From: a bacterium
GTDB lineage: Bacteria > UBA8248
Direction of reading: 5' to 3'
NCBI GenBank assembly: GCA_965221165.1
Contig: CBDCRP010000003.1
Location: forward strand, 1,760,001 to 1,824,000
DNA: 64,000 nt
Below, piece by piece: positions 46,926 to 57,557 of the stretch. The notes below the pieces were generated by a model. It ran no database searches, had not been told where the DNA came from, and saw nothing but the letters and a program-made list of their open reading frames with translations. Both the position numbers and the translations under genes were made by a program. Within the stretch, counting starts at the first letter, position 1. Each line of letters opens with the position of its first letter.

Positions 46926-49238
46926 CTATAGCGGGCCGAAATCGGGCGGCGGGATGCGGCGCTTGGAAGCCGCCTCATACGTCGAGGCGATCCGGAGCAG
47001 GGCGTCCTCTTTGCCGGGTTCGGCGCGGAACACGAGAGAAAACGGCAGGCCCGGTTCTGGGATGATGGTGGCCTGATCGTTGGGAACGGAGATGAACCGG
47101 ACGCCGTCCTCGCTCAGTTCGAAAACGGGGTCATAGGTCGTGCGCACGTAGCCCGCCGGCACGAGCACTTCGGTTAGCCCGGCGTTCGGCCCGCTTTGCG
47201 ATTCGGGCCGCGAGTTCAGCACGAGGCCGGGCTGGACCGCTCCTCCGATGATGGCCGGCGGAAACGGCGTGTGCAAGCGCACGAGGGCGTCCAGCTTGTT
47301 TTCCAGAATCACCATCATGTCCACGCGGCGCAAAAGCTCGCGCAGCATGATGCGCTCGTTCACCCCCTGCCTGCCGCCGTGGGGATTGCGCGGGTCTGCG
47401 ACTTCCTCCCAATTCCTGAAGGCGGCGCGATGGTCGTCGCCCCAGAATTTAGAGCGCGCGTTCAGTTCGGGAAAGCCGGTGATGGTCTCGCTGAATCCGC
47501 GCGCCTCCCAGTCCTCGGACCGGCGCGAGAGGTACTGGTGGATGTGGTAGCGAAACGTCATGGCGAGTTCCTGCTGCTGCACGGTGGCGAGGTCCAAGTT
47601 TTCAGGCTGCTCGATTCTGCCCTCGCCCATGTCGAGCATGTAGTCGATGGGCTGCATGTCGCCCGAGCCGAAGACGACGCCCGGCGCGAACTCGGTGGGG
47701 ACGATGGCCTCGGCGAACTCCCTGAAGAGCGGCGCGCCCTCGGGCGTGAGCCGGAACATGATGTCGGGCATGAAGACGGGGATGAGCCTGGCGAGCGCGC
47801 GGCGGAAATCCGTCTTCATCGTCTCGATCCCGGGGTCGCCCGCCCAGAGCGGGTCGGTGGATTCGAGGAGTTTCGCACCGAGTTTCTGGCCGAGTACCTC
47901 CTTCATCTCTCTCGCCGCCGCGTTGACGATGGGCTCTTCCGACTTAGAACCCCTCGGATAGACCATGGACTCGCGGATGACCCCGATGCGCACGCCCTCG
48001 AGCGCGCCCGCCTCCCCGCTCGTTCTCACGTGCGCCGCGTAGGGCGTATCCAGAACGGAGGAGCGCGGCACCGTCGTGAACGGATCGCGCGGGTCGTAGT
48101 AGCCGTTCACCGGGTCTTTCAAGGCGTCGAGAACTTTTGCGCAATCGCCCAGGCATTTCGTGATGATGCCGCTCCTGTCGCAGTAGATGTCCGCCCCGAT
48201 GGCCCCGCCGTCGAAGCCGAGCATCGCCTTGTGCGGCAGAATGAGCGCTACGGCGTTGTGGTTCGACGGCCCCCGGCAGGAGGCTCTCGTCTCCTCGCCC
48301 AGGCTCGCCATCACCATGTTGGTGCTCACCGAGAGGGCGGACCCGGAACTCGAACCCAAAGACGCCGCCCGCGTGGTGTCGTAGGGGTTCGAGGGGTTTC
48401 CGCCCCACGTGCTGCGCTGGTAGCCCAGGACGGAGGGCAGCACCTTCTCGGGTGCGTGCCGCCCGCCCGGGTCGCCCGCGCGTCCGTTGTATTCGGTGCT
48501 GACGGCCTTGGCGAAGATGATGGCGCCCTTGTTCCTGAGCTGCTCGACGAGGATGTGGTCGCGCGCGGGAAAATCGATGTCGTAGCCGGCGTCGCCCCCG
48601 CCCGTCGAGCGCATGTCCTTGGTGTCGAAGGGGTCCTTGAAGGAGAACGCCACGCCGTGCATCGGCATTTTTTCGAGGTCGGGGTTCGCGCCGTATTCGG
48701 CGTCCAGTTCCGCCGCGCGCTCGAGCGCGTCGGGATAGTGGCGAAAGACCTCGCACATGGGCGGCGCGCCCGGCGGCAGCGGGCCTTCTGCGGGATGCCT
48801 GTCGAAATCGCCCCGGCAGGTGACGGAGCGTTCGCCGCGAATGTTCAGGGTGGCGAGGGCGTTCACCTGGCCCGCGTTCGGGATGCCGACGATCATCCCG
48901 TATTGCTGCTGGACGGCCGGGTCGGACGCGGTGGCCTCCATGCGCCCGAACTCGAGCGGCGGCCCCTTGTATTTATCCAGTTCGGGCAGTACGTCCGCGG
49001 CCTTCACGGTCTCTGTCGGGAAGCGAAGCGGGGAGCCTCCCCGCATCGCGCCCGTAGCTTCGGGAACGGGCGCGCCGTCTTCGGTGACGAGCATGCTGGC
49101 GACGCCGTTATACGCGCGCACGCGCTCCAGGTAGCGCTCCACGACTTCTACGCAGGTCGTGCGCCCGGCGCGAATCGCCGCGTGTAAATCCTCCATGCTC
49201 GCTTCTTCCAAGCGAAACGCCCCGGTCCTATCCTCCAT
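46926..49238 (-). CDS. Amidase-signature family protein, unusually long (770 aa)
   Basis: Lys in FSFKDPFDT, GSSSGS, Ser nucleophile region GEETRASCRGP; C-terminal LLRIASTYE..RRIPP. Confidence 0.9.
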   Translation of the reverse strand: MEDRTGAFRLEEASMEDLHAAIRAGRTTCVEVVERYLERVRAYNGVASMLVTEDGAPVPEATGAMRGGSPLRFPTETVKAADVLPELDKYKGPPLEFGRMEATASDPAVQQQYGMIVGIPNAGQVNALATLNIRGERSVTCRGDFDRHPAEGPLPPGAPPMCEVFRHYPDALERAAELDAEYGANPDLEKMPMHGVAFSFKDPFDTKDMRSTGGGDAGYDIDFPARDHILVEQLRNKGAIIFAKAVSTEYNGRAGDPGGRHAPEKVLPSVLGYQRSTWGGNPSNPYDTTRAASLGSSSGSALSVSTNMVMASLGEETRASCRGPSNHNAVALILPHKAMLGFDGGAIGADIYCDRSGIITKCLGDCAKVLDALKDPVNGYYDPRDPFTTVPRSSVLDTPYAAHVRTSGEAGALEGVRIGVIRESMVYPRGSKSEEPIVNAAAREMKEVLGQKLGAKLLESTDPLWAGDPGIETMKTDFRRALARLIPVFMPDIMFRLTPEGAPLFREFAEAIVPTEFAPGVVFGSGDMQPIDYMLDMGEGRIEQPENLDLATVQQQELAMTFRYHIHQYLSRRSEDWEARGFSETITGFPELNARSKFWGDDHRAAFRNWEEVADPRNPHGGRQGVNERIMLRELLRRVDMMVILENKLDALVRLHTPFPPAIIGGAVQPGLVLNSRPESQSGPNAGLTEVLVPAGYVRTTYDPVFELSEDGVRFISVPNDQATIIPEPGLPFSLVFRAEPGKEDALLRIASTYEAASKRRIPPPDFGPL

Positions 49239-49693
49239 GACGCATCCTTTCGTATCCTCTCGTGTCGGCTCGCCCCCGCCCGGCGGAGGGAGCGGTTATT
49301 CGGTTTCAAATGATTCGGGAATACTATGGGCGACGCCCGATTTTCGCAACGGCGTTTTGGGAAAATGAGGGAGGGGTGGATACGGGAATCGCTCCAGCGT
49401 CGCGCCGGTTCGCTCTCGCGCTTATGCCCCTTGCGCCGATTTCGCCTGGCCGCCCGGGGCATAAGTCGATGGACTGGTTCGCTCGCGTGCAGTTGCCCGC
49501 AATTGCCGCTCGAAGACATTGGGATGTTCTCTTACTATCCCCAAGCGGATTTCAGCGCGAACCCGCCGCCCCCCAATTCCGAATTACTGAAAAATACGAT
49601 AAAATACGATAAATTTATGATGTTTTTCGATAAATAAATGAAAACGAATGATGCTCTAAGTGTCTGAATAATAACTGTATAAGGGGTTTTGGG

Positions 49694-51358
49694 TTGAATA
49701 ATAAGGTAAAGACGGATCTGGACGCCCTCATCGTCGGCGCGGGCGTCGCCGGGCTTTTCATGCTCTACCGGCTGCGCTCGCGGGGCTTTACGGCGCGTGT
49801 ATACGAGGCGGGCGGCGACGTGGGCGGCACCTGGTACTGGAACCGCTACCCGGGCGCGCGATGCGACACGGAGAGCGTTCAGTATTCCTATCAATTCTCG
49901 GAAGAACTCCAGCAGGAATGGGAGTGGGCGGAGCGCTACGCGAGCCAGCCCGAAATTCTGCGCTATATCAACCATGTGGCCGAACGCTTTGATTTAAGAA
50001 GGGACGTTGTCTTCAACACGCGAATCGCCTCCGCCGTTTTCGACGAGGAAGCAAGCCATTGGGTCTTCAAGACCGATAGCGGCGAGCGGGTATCGGCGGC
50101 GTTTTGCGTGATGGCCACCGGGTGTCTCTCCTCTCCCAATTTTCCCGCCTTCGAGGGTCTCGACTCCTTCGACGGCCCCGTTTTTCACACCGGTCTCTGG
50201 CCGCATGAAAAGGTGGATTTCTCGGGCAAACGCGTGGGCGTAATCGGCACGGGTTCATCCGCCATGCAGTCCATTCCCGTCATCGCGCGCGAGGCGGACG
50301 AAGTGTATGTCTTCCAAAGAACGGCGCACTACGCCGTGCCCGCGCACAACGGCCCCATCAGCGAGGAGCGGGTGCGCGATGTGAAGGCGAATTACCCGCA
50401 AATCAGGGCGAGAGCCAAGCGATCGGCCACGGGTTTCGATCAGACTTTCAATGACAAAGCGGTTTTGGAGGTTGATGAGGGAGAACGCGAGCGCGAATAT
50501 GAGAAACACTGGGCGCACGGGGGTTTGCTCTTCCTCTCCGCCTTCACGGATTTGCGCTACAGCGAGGAGGCGAACCAGACGGCGGGCGAATTCGTCCGGA
50601 ACAAGATTCGCTCGGTCGTGAAGGATCCGAAAACAGCGGAACTGCTTTGCCCCACCACGGTCATCGGATGCAAGCGTCTTTGCGTGGTCACGGAGTATTA
50701 CGAGGCCTACAACCGCCCGAACGTGCACCTGATCGACGTGAGCGAATCGCCCATCGAGAGGATAACGACAAAAGGGGTGATGACGGCGGGGCGGGTGTAC
50801 GAAATCGACATGCTCGTCCTGGCCACGGGGTTCGACGCCATGACGGGCACCCTGCTCAGAATCGACATCAGGGGCCGCGGCGGGCGGACCTTGCAGGACA
50901 AATGGAAGGAGGGCCCCCGCACATATCTCGGCCTCATGACGGCGGGATTCCCGAACATGTTCACCATCACGGGCCCCGGAAGCCCGTCGGTTCTGACGAA
51001 CATGCAGACTTCCATCGACCATCACGTCGAGTGGATAGGCGCGTGCCTCGTGTATTTGCGTGAAAAGGGAATGAAATCCATCGAAGCGTCGGTGGAGGCG
51101 GAAGACGCCTGGGTGGCGCACAACAACGAGGAGACCGCCAAGACGATTCGTTACCAGTGCACCTCCTGGTATCTGGGGGCGAACATACCGGGCAAGCCGC
51201 GGGTGTTCATGCCCTACATCGCCGGGTTCGACGTGTATTCGAACAAATGCGCGCAAATCGTGGCGGCGGGATACGCGGGGTTTCACTTGATTCGTAACGA
51301 GGAAGCCGTTCCTTGCGGTTCAGGACTGGCTTCACCCAAAAGGAGGGAGGCCGGGTGA
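49694..51358 (+). CDS. Type I Baeyer-Villiger monooxygenase (CHMO/PAMO-like)
   Basis: GAGVAG, GGTWYWNRYPGARCD, FDGPVFHTGLWP (FxGxxxHxxxWP), GTGSS, ATGFDA, SWYLGANIPGKP. Confidence 0.95.
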   Translation: MNNKVKTDLDALIVGAGVAGLFMLYRLRSRGFTARVYEAGGDVGGTWYWNRYPGARCDTESVQYSYQFSEELQQEWEWAERYASQPEILRYINHVAERFDLRRDVVFNTRIASAVFDEEASHWVFKTDSGERVSAAFCVMATGCLSSPNFPAFEGLDSFDGPVFHTGLWPHEKVDFSGKRVGVIGTGSSAMQSIPVIAREADEVYVFQRTAHYAVPAHNGPISEERVRDVKANYPQIRARAKRSATGFDQTFNDKAVLEVDEGEREREYEKHWAHGGLLFLSAFTDLRYSEEANQTAGEFVRNKIRSVVKDPKTAELLCPTTVIGCKRLCVVTEYYEAYNRPNVHLIDVSESPIERITTKGVMTAGRVYEIDMLVLATGFDAMTGTLLRIDIRGRGGRTLQDKWKEGPRTYLGLMTAGFPNMFTITGPGSPSVLTNMQTSIDHHVEWIGACLVYLREKGMKSIEASVEAEDAWVAHNNEETAKTIRYQCTSWYLGANIPGKPRVFMPYIAGFDVYSNKCAQIVAAGYAGFHLIRNEEAVPCGSGLASPKRREAG

Positions 51359-52257
51359 AGCTCAAAGGCATCATGGGAGCGCCCACGACGGCGTTCAGGC
51401 CCGATGGCGGCGTTGATTACGACACCTTCGAGAGGCAAATCAATTTTCTCATCGAACAGGGTTTTCCCTTCATCGCGCATCCCATGCACATCGGGGAGTC
51501 CTTGAACTTAAGCGAGCACGAGCGCAAGGAACTGGCGAAACGCCTGGTGGAAGTGGCGGCAGGCCGCGTTCCCGTATTCGTGAACGTGACCGCTTCGGGA
51601 CCGGACAATTCCATCGATTTGGCGAGGCACTCCGAGGCGATAGGCGCAACGGGAATTGTCGTGCTCTCGCCCTATCACTGGGCGCCCGAGGAAGAGGCCC
51701 ATCTGGATTATTTCCTGACGATGGGAAGATGCATGGATATCGCGATGATCGCCTACAACAACCCCAGTCTTCAGGTCACCATCACCCACGACATGCTCGA
51801 AGAAATGCTCGAAAAGCTCCCGAACCTCCATGCGCTTAAAGACGCCAGTTTCGACATGAACTACTTTACGGGAGCGTGCCGCATAGCGTCCGCCGCGAGA
51901 GCGGATTTTTCCGTGTTCACCGGCATCGAGTGGCTTCTCACGTCGATTCCCGTCGGCGGGTCGGGGTCGTTCTCTAATTGTGGTGAGGTCGCCCCCCGCC
52001 TGGTTCTCTCCCTGTTCGATGCCTGCATCTCGGGAGATCATGAAAGCGCGCGCGCCCTCCAATATAAAATGGGCGTGCTCTTGAAATTGCTGCAGACGAA
52101 CTACCCGGCGACCGTAAAATACGCGATGGAGTTCATGGGCCGGCCCGTCGGCGAGACGCGAAAACCCATTCTGCCCCTCGATGATGACGCCAAGGCGCAT
52201 ACGCGAAAGACGCTCGAATCGCTCGGGATTTTCGAGAACGAGCCGCGCGGCTGGTAG
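51355..52257 (+). CDS. DHDPS/NAL-family aldolase-like protein
   Basis: TIM-barrel pattern with AYNNP and Schiff-base Lys in ALKDAS; GTG start overlapping the BVMO stop. Confidence 0.88.
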   Translation: MKLKGIMGAPTTAFRPDGGVDYDTFERQINFLIEQGFPFIAHPMHIGESLNLSEHERKELAKRLVEVAAGRVPVFVNVTASGPDNSIDLARHSEAIGATGIVVLSPYHWAPEEEAHLDYFLTMGRCMDIAMIAYNNPSLQVTITHDMLEEMLEKLPNLHALKDASFDMNYFTGACRIASAARADFSVFTGIEWLLTSIPVGGSGSFSNCGEVAPRLVLSLFDACISGDHESARALQYKMGVLLKLLQTNYPATVKYAMEFMGRPVGETRKPILPLDDDAKAHTRKTLESLGIFENEPRGW

Positions 52258-52374
52258 CTTCAACGATATCATTGTTTTAACATCATCCAGGCTTTATCTT
52301 GCTTTATTGCTCGTTGTTTTCTTGGGCAGTGAACCCATGATGATTTTTTTGTTTCTTCCCGGAGGAGCCATATT

Positions 52375-54162
52375 TTGACACGTATGAATGGCGGCCAGAT
52401 CATCGTCGATTACCTCATTCAGGAAGAGGTTCCCTATGTCTTCGGCCTGTGCGGCCACGGGAACATCAGTTTTCTGGATGCGCTCCATGAGCGCGCCGAT
52501 GAGATCAAGACCCTCTCCGTGCGCCATGAGTCGCTGTGCGGCTTCATGGCCGACGCCTATTACCGGGTGGCGGGCAGGCCGGTGGCGACGTTTACCTCCT
52601 GCGGGCCGGGCTCGGCGAACATGCCGATTTCTCTGGCCAACGCCTTTTTCGATTCGGTTCCGTTTCTGGCCGTGACGGGAAACATACCCACGAATCAGTT
52701 CAACCGGGGTGCGTTTCAGGAGACCTACCGCCACTACCAGGCGGATTTCCCCTCCACGGTGCAGGCCTACTGCAAGCGGGTGTATCAGCCCACGCGGGCG
52801 GAGATGGTGCCGCAGTTCACCCGCCAGGCGTGGAAGACGATGATGACGGGAAGGCGCGGCCCCGTCGTGCTCGACGTTCCTTTCGACATTTTCAAGGAGG
52901 AAACCGAGGTCGAGATGCCCCAAGCCTCTGAGTGGAACGCGAACATCTCCTGTCGCTGCGGAGCGGACCCCGAAGGGGTGAAAAAGGCGGTGGCGATGCT
53001 CTCCACCGCCGAGCGGCCCGTGATTCTGGTGGGCCAGGGCGTGAAATACGCCGGCGCTGCGGCGAAGATGGTGGCGCTCGCCGAGAGGCTCAAGATTCCC
53101 GTGGCGTGCTCGGCGAGCGGGATAGGCGCCATCGACGCAAAGCACCCCCTGGCTTTGGGACTCATCGCGAGAAACGGAACCTATCCGGCGAATCACGCAG
53201 CACGGCAGGCCGACGTTCTGCTCGCGCTCGGCGTGCGTTTTGACGATCGCACCTCGAGCAGCTGGCTGCCCGGCTATTCGTTCAACATTCCGCCGACGAA
53301 GCTGATTCACGTGGATATCGATCCCGAGGAAATTGCGCGCAACTACCCGGTGGCCTTAGGTCTCATGGCGGATGTCGATGTCTTTCTCGATCAGGTGAAA
53401 GAAGCGCTCGGTACTGAGGAGAAAATAGAAGTTCCCGAGGCCCGGGAAGGGTGGCTCCGGAAGATCGACGGCTGGCGAAACGAATGGGAGGAGTTCACGG
53501 CTCCCGGCTACCGCGAGGACACAGAACCCATGCACCCCCAGCGAGCGGCTTATGAAATCGACAAGGCCTTGCCCGATGACGCCATCCTCATCAGCGACGT
53601 CGGCGTCCACCACAACTGGCTGCTTCAGTGTTGCCGCCCCAAGGGCCCGCAATCGCTCATCGGCTCGATGGGCTTCGGCGCGATGGGTTTTGGAGTCGCG
53701 GGCGTGCTCGGGGCCAAGCTGGCCGCGCCGGACAGGCCCTGCGTTGCGGTGTGCGGAGACGGCGCTTTCGCCATGCATTTGAGCGCCATCACCACGGGGG
53801 TGGAATACAACATCCCCGCCGTCTGGGTCGTCTGGAACAACTACGCATTCGCCTCCATCCGGGGGCTTCAGCGCGGCTATCTGGATGGCCGGGAGCTGGC
53901 CACCGACTTTCAGAAGCACGCCTCCGCCACGCCGTATAACCCCGATTTCGCCGCCATGGCCGAATCGGCGGGCATCACGGGCGTGCGGGTGAACAAGGCG
54001 GCCGATCTGAGCGAGGCCGTGGACGAGGCGGTGAAGGCCGAGCGTCCCTACGTGATCGACGCGAACATCCAGGGAGAGCAAAATCCAAGCGGCGCGGGGG
54101 TCTGGGAATTACCCGGCCTGGGACACGGAGAGCCTGCGATTGGCGAGCGGACCGTTCTTTAG
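52375..54162 (+). CDS. Thiamine-pyrophosphate-dependent enzyme (acetolactate synthase-like)
   Basis: FGLCGHGN, RHE, TSCGPG, DVGVH, GAMGFG, GDG...NN TPP motif; TTG start after GGAGG. Confidence 0.92.
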   Translation: MTRMNGGQIIVDYLIQEEVPYVFGLCGHGNISFLDALHERADEIKTLSVRHESLCGFMADAYYRVAGRPVATFTSCGPGSANMPISLANAFFDSVPFLAVTGNIPTNQFNRGAFQETYRHYQADFPSTVQAYCKRVYQPTRAEMVPQFTRQAWKTMMTGRRGPVVLDVPFDIFKEETEVEMPQASEWNANISCRCGADPEGVKKAVAMLSTAERPVILVGQGVKYAGAAAKMVALAERLKIPVACSASGIGAIDAKHPLALGLIARNGTYPANHAARQADVLLALGVRFDDRTSSSWLPGYSFNIPPTKLIHVDIDPEEIARNYPVALGLMADVDVFLDQVKEALGTEEKIEVPEAREGWLRKIDGWRNEWEEFTAPGYREDTEPMHPQRAAYEIDKALPDDAILISDVGVHHNWLLQCCRPKGPQSLIGSMGFGAMGFGVAGVLGAKLAAPDRPCVAVCGDGAFAMHLSAITTGVEYNIPAVWVVWNNYAFASIRGLQRGYLDGRELATDFQKHASATPYNPDFAAMAESAGITGVRVNKAADLSEAVDEAVKAERPYVIDANIQGEQNPSGAGVWELPGLGHGEPAIGERTVL

Positions 54163-54221
54163 GGTGGAGATGCGGATGAGGCGCGATGGGGGCGGGCGAG
54201 CCTCGCGGGAGGAGACGATAG

Positions 54222-54842
54222 ATGAGCGATGAGGCGAGGCTGCGCGCGGCGGCGGACAAACTCGAGATGATGGATGTGTGCATGTTCTCTCACGTCTGCC
54301 GGGATGCGGGCGACTGGGAGGGTCTGCTGGATTGTTTTCACCCGGATGCGGACATCACCACCTCGTGGTTCATGGGCAACGCGCATGCGTTCATCACGGA
54401 ATCGAGGGATATGATGCACGGCCATCACGAAGACGACACCCAGAAACACATCGCGGGCAACACGCGCGTCCGGGTGAATGGTGAGCGCGGGGTTTGTGAG
54501 TATTACCTCACGCTCCACCAGAGGCGGACGATGGACGGCTATGATTTCGACTTCACGACGTGGAGCAGCGTGGTGGATTTGTTCGAGCGCAGGGATGCGC
54601 GGTGGCGCGTCATCAAGCGCACGATGATTTACGAGAAAGACCGCATGGACCCCCACAAGCCGGGCGAGGCGCCGGCTTCTTATTTCGAGGCGATGGACCT
54701 GACGCCTTACCCCAAGGCGCTTCGCTATCACTGCTGGCGCAACGAGAAATTCAGCGGCAGCCCGCCGTCCGAGAATCTCGTGATGGAAGGAACCGAGAAG
54801 GCGAGGGCGATCAGGGAAGAAGCGCGCCGCTGGGTTCCCTGA
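54222..54842 (+). CDS. NTF2/SnoaL-like protein
   Basis: RDAGDWEGL.DCFHPDA, H..GN, D.FERRD..WR pattern of SnoaL_4/LinA-like folds. Confidence 0.75.
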   Translation: MSDEARLRAAADKLEMMDVCMFSHVCRDAGDWEGLLDCFHPDADITTSWFMGNAHAFITESRDMMHGHHEDDTQKHIAGNTRVRVNGERGVCEYYLTLHQRRTMDGYDFDFTTWSSVVDLFERRDARWRVIKRTMIYEKDRMDPHKPGEAPASYFEAMDLTPYPKALRYHCWRNEKFSGSPPSENLVMEGTEKARAIREEARRWVP

Positions 54843-54855
54843 TCCGCCGGGAAAC

Positions 54856-56010
54856 CTACAGCAACTCCAGATAAATCCGCTTCATGTCCTCCGCGTCGGC
54901 GGGCACGGGGTTCGTCGCCACCGTGGTGCTGGCGGCCGCCTCGTGCGCCATGCGCTCCAGGTATTCTTCCTTTGCGCCGATGGCCGCGAGCGATTCGGGT
55001 ATCCCGATATCGTCCGCAAGGGCGCGGACTCGGTCGACCGCCAGTTCCGCATCCTGCGCCTCGTCAGCTTTCCCATCGGGGTTCGCCAGAAGGGGCGCCA
55101 GCCGGGCGTATGTTTCCCGCATGGCGGGGAGATTGAAGCGCATCACGGGGGCCAGGAGTATTCCGTTGGTGGTGCCGTGGTGGCCGCCGAAGAAATTGAA
55201 GACCGGGTGCGTGAGGCCGTGCACGATCCCGAGTCCGGTGTTGGTGAACGAAGCGCCCGCAAGACATGCCGCAAGCGCCAGGGGGTCGGCGGCGTCCGGG
55301 TCTGCGGGGTCGGCGACGAAGCGCCGCGCGTTCTGGCCGATCAGGCCGATGGCCTGAAAACAGAGCGCCTCCGACCAGGGGGTCGCGCGCGGGGAGCCGA
55401 GCGATTCCACCGCGTGGGTCAAGGCGTCCATCAGCGCGCCTGCGGCGAAGAACTTGGGCAGCGTCGCGAGGAGGGAGGAATCCACGACCGCCACGTCCGC
55501 GTAGAGCGCGTCGCTGTGAATGCTCGATTTGGTTCCGCGCTCGATATCCGTGATGATGGAGGCGCGCGTCACCTCGCTGCCCGTGCCCGCCGTGGTCGGA
55601 ACGGTGATGAAGGACGGGATGGATTTCTCCACCTTGTCCGCGCCGTAGTAATCGCTTATCTTCCCGCCGTTTGCGAGCAGCGCCCCCATCGCCTTGGCGG
55701 TGTCGATGGCGCTTCCCCCGCCGACGGCGATTATCCCGCCGCAATCGTTTTCCTCATAAAACGCCTGGGCGCGCGTGATGCTCGGGTCCGACGGATTGGG
55801 TTCCACATCCTCATACAGGCGGTATTCGACGCCTGACGCATCCAGGCCCTCCGTGACGGAGTCGAGCACGCCGGCCCCAGAAAGCCCGGGGTCAGCGAGC
55901 AGCATAGGGCGCGTCATGTTTAGATTCTTCGCTTCGACGCCGATGGAGGCGGCCTCGCCCCTGCCGAAGCGCACACGCGGCACGGCGGACATGCGGAAAG
56001 GATCGATCAT
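54856..56010 (-). CDS. Iron-containing alcohol dehydrogenase
   Basis: VEPNP, GGGSAIDTAKA, PTTAGTGSE, DALTHA.E, HGLTH, HG. Confidence 0.93.
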   Translation of the reverse strand: MIDPFRMSAVPRVRFGRGEAASIGVEAKNLNMTRPMLLADPGLSGAGVLDSVTEGLDASGVEYRLYEDVEPNPSDPSITRAQAFYEENDCGGIIAVGGGSAIDTAKAMGALLANGGKISDYYGADKVEKSIPSFITVPTTAGTGSEVTRASIITDIERGTKSSIHSDALYADVAVVDSSLLATLPKFFAAGALMDALTHAVESLGSPRATPWSEALCFQAIGLIGQNARRFVADPADPDAADPLALAACLAGASFTNTGLGIVHGLTHPVFNFFGGHHGTTNGILLAPVMRFNLPAMRETYARLAPLLANPDGKADEAQDAELAVDRVRALADDIGIPESLAAIGAKEEYLERMAHEAAASTTVATNPVPADAEDMKRIYLELL

Positions 56011-56056
56011 GGTTGATTTCTCCTTCTGGAAATTTTATTCAGTTCGGCTCTGCCGG

Positions 56057-56422
56057 TCATTCTCCATCCGCACCGGTCGTGAGCGCTTCTCGCGGCGGCC
56101 AGTCTTCGGATCGGTTCTTGAAAGAAAGATAGACGAGGACGTCTCGCCCCGGATTTTTGAGTTCATGCTCCGCGCCCAAAGGGATATGGACCACCTCGCC
56201 AGCGCCCAGGGTCTTCTCCTCCCCCCCGACTCGGAACCAGCCGACGCCTTCCAGTAGGTGGATGATTTGCTCGCATCCGTGGCTGTGCGGGCGGGTCGCT
56301 TTTCCGGGCGGCTGTTCCTGGCGCGTCAGGGTGGTGAATGCGCCCAGGATCATGCTGCCCTCAGAATCCGTGGTGGAGACGATGTTGCGTTTTTTCATGT
56401 CGTCCCAACTGTAAAAGGGCAT
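56057..56422 (-). CDS. Cupin domain protein
   Basis: PHSH..EQ and IP...EH motifs; start ATG 56422. Confidence 0.85.
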   Translation of the reverse strand: MPFYSWDDMKKRNIVSTTDSEGSMILGAFTTLTRQEQPPGKATRPHSHGCEQIIHLLEGVGWFRVGGEEKTLGAGEVVHIPLGAEHELKNPGRDVLVYLSFKNRSEDWPPREALTTGADGE

Positions 56423-56451
56423 GGGGCGCATCCTCATGGGAGTGGTTGGCC

Positions 56452-57486
56452 TTATTCCGACTCGGCGATTTTCGCCTGGAGAAGCTCGTAGTTCGCGCGG
56501 CCCATCTCTATATCGCCATCGTCTATCATCTGCGCGATCTCGGCCACCGCGTCGTTACAAGGGGTGGGGATGCCGAGTTCTCTCGCCCTGCGCGATACGA
56601 GGCCGTTGATGTATTCCATCTCGCTCTTTCGGCCCTTGATGTGGTCCTGAATCGGGGCGGTGCGCGAACGGGGCCCCACGTGTTCGAGGAGCGTCTTCAT
56701 GGCCGTGACCAGCACCTGATCGTCCGAACCCGTGAAATCATCCGACGAGAGGCCGAACACCGGCTCCACCCCGTAGCCCAGGGCTTCGCCCACTTCCATC
56801 GCCTCCCTTCCGAGTTTGACCGAAAGGTCGATGACTCCGGGCAGTTTTTTCGTCTCGGCGTTATTGAGCCCCAGCAGGCCGAAGGGGCCCATCGTCATGC
56901 AGTTGGCGATGAGCTTCGTCCACTTGGTGCCCTCGATGTTGGAGCTGACTTCGGTGACGCCGACCTTGGCGAAGATGTCGCGAACCTCCTCCGCGCGCGG
57001 GGTGACCGAGCCGTCCAGTTCCCCAACGGCGAACCAGGTGCCCTTGCGGGGGGTGTTCCGCTGGATGAAGCCGGGCGTGAATATCTCCGCCGAGAGTTCC
57101 ACGCAGCAGCCCACCACGCGCTCGCGCCCGATGATGGATGCGATCATCTCGTTGTTCATACTGTTCTGCGCTCCGACGAATATGCCGTCGCTTTTGAGAT
57201 AGGGCTTGATGAGTTCGCACATCCACCGGGTGTCGAAGGATTTGACGATGAGCAGGACGATATCGAATTCCATTTTGAGCGAGGCCAGCTCGCAAAGATG
57301 GTGCGCGCGCACGGGTGTTTTGAGGTCCAGGTCCGGCATCTGGACGTGCAGTCCGTCTTTTCGCATCGCCTCCACGTGCTCGGGCCATTGGTCGATGACG
57401 GTGACGTCCAGGCCTGCGTCGGTCAGATCTGCGGATACGCTGCCGCCGATGGCGCCTGCGCCCAGTACGGCGATCTTCTTGTTCAT
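56452..57486 (-). CDS. Ketopantoate reductase family protein
   Basis: GAGAIG, VKSFDT, QN, KWTKL, QD..KGRKSE..ING. Confidence 0.88.
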   Translation of the reverse strand: MNKKIAVLGAGAIGGSVSADLTDAGLDVTVIDQWPEHVEAMRKDGLHVQMPDLDLKTPVRAHHLCELASLKMEFDIVLLIVKSFDTRWMCELIKPYLKSDGIFVGAQNSMNNEMIASIIGRERVVGCCVELSAEIFTPGFIQRNTPRKGTWFAVGELDGSVTPRAEEVRDIFAKVGVTEVSSNIEGTKWTKLIANCMTMGPFGLLGLNNAETKKLPGVIDLSVKLGREAMEVGEALGYGVEPVFGLSSDDFTGSDDQVLVTAMKTLLEHVGPRSRTAPIQDHIKGRKSEMEYINGLVSRRARELGIPTPCNDAVAEIAQMIDDGDIEMGRANYELLQAKIAESE

Positions 57487-57557
57487 GTTACACCTTGCCT
57501 TTCGGGGCTTGCGCCCCCAAGAGAATGAGAATCACGACGCGATTATGCGTTTTCTGA

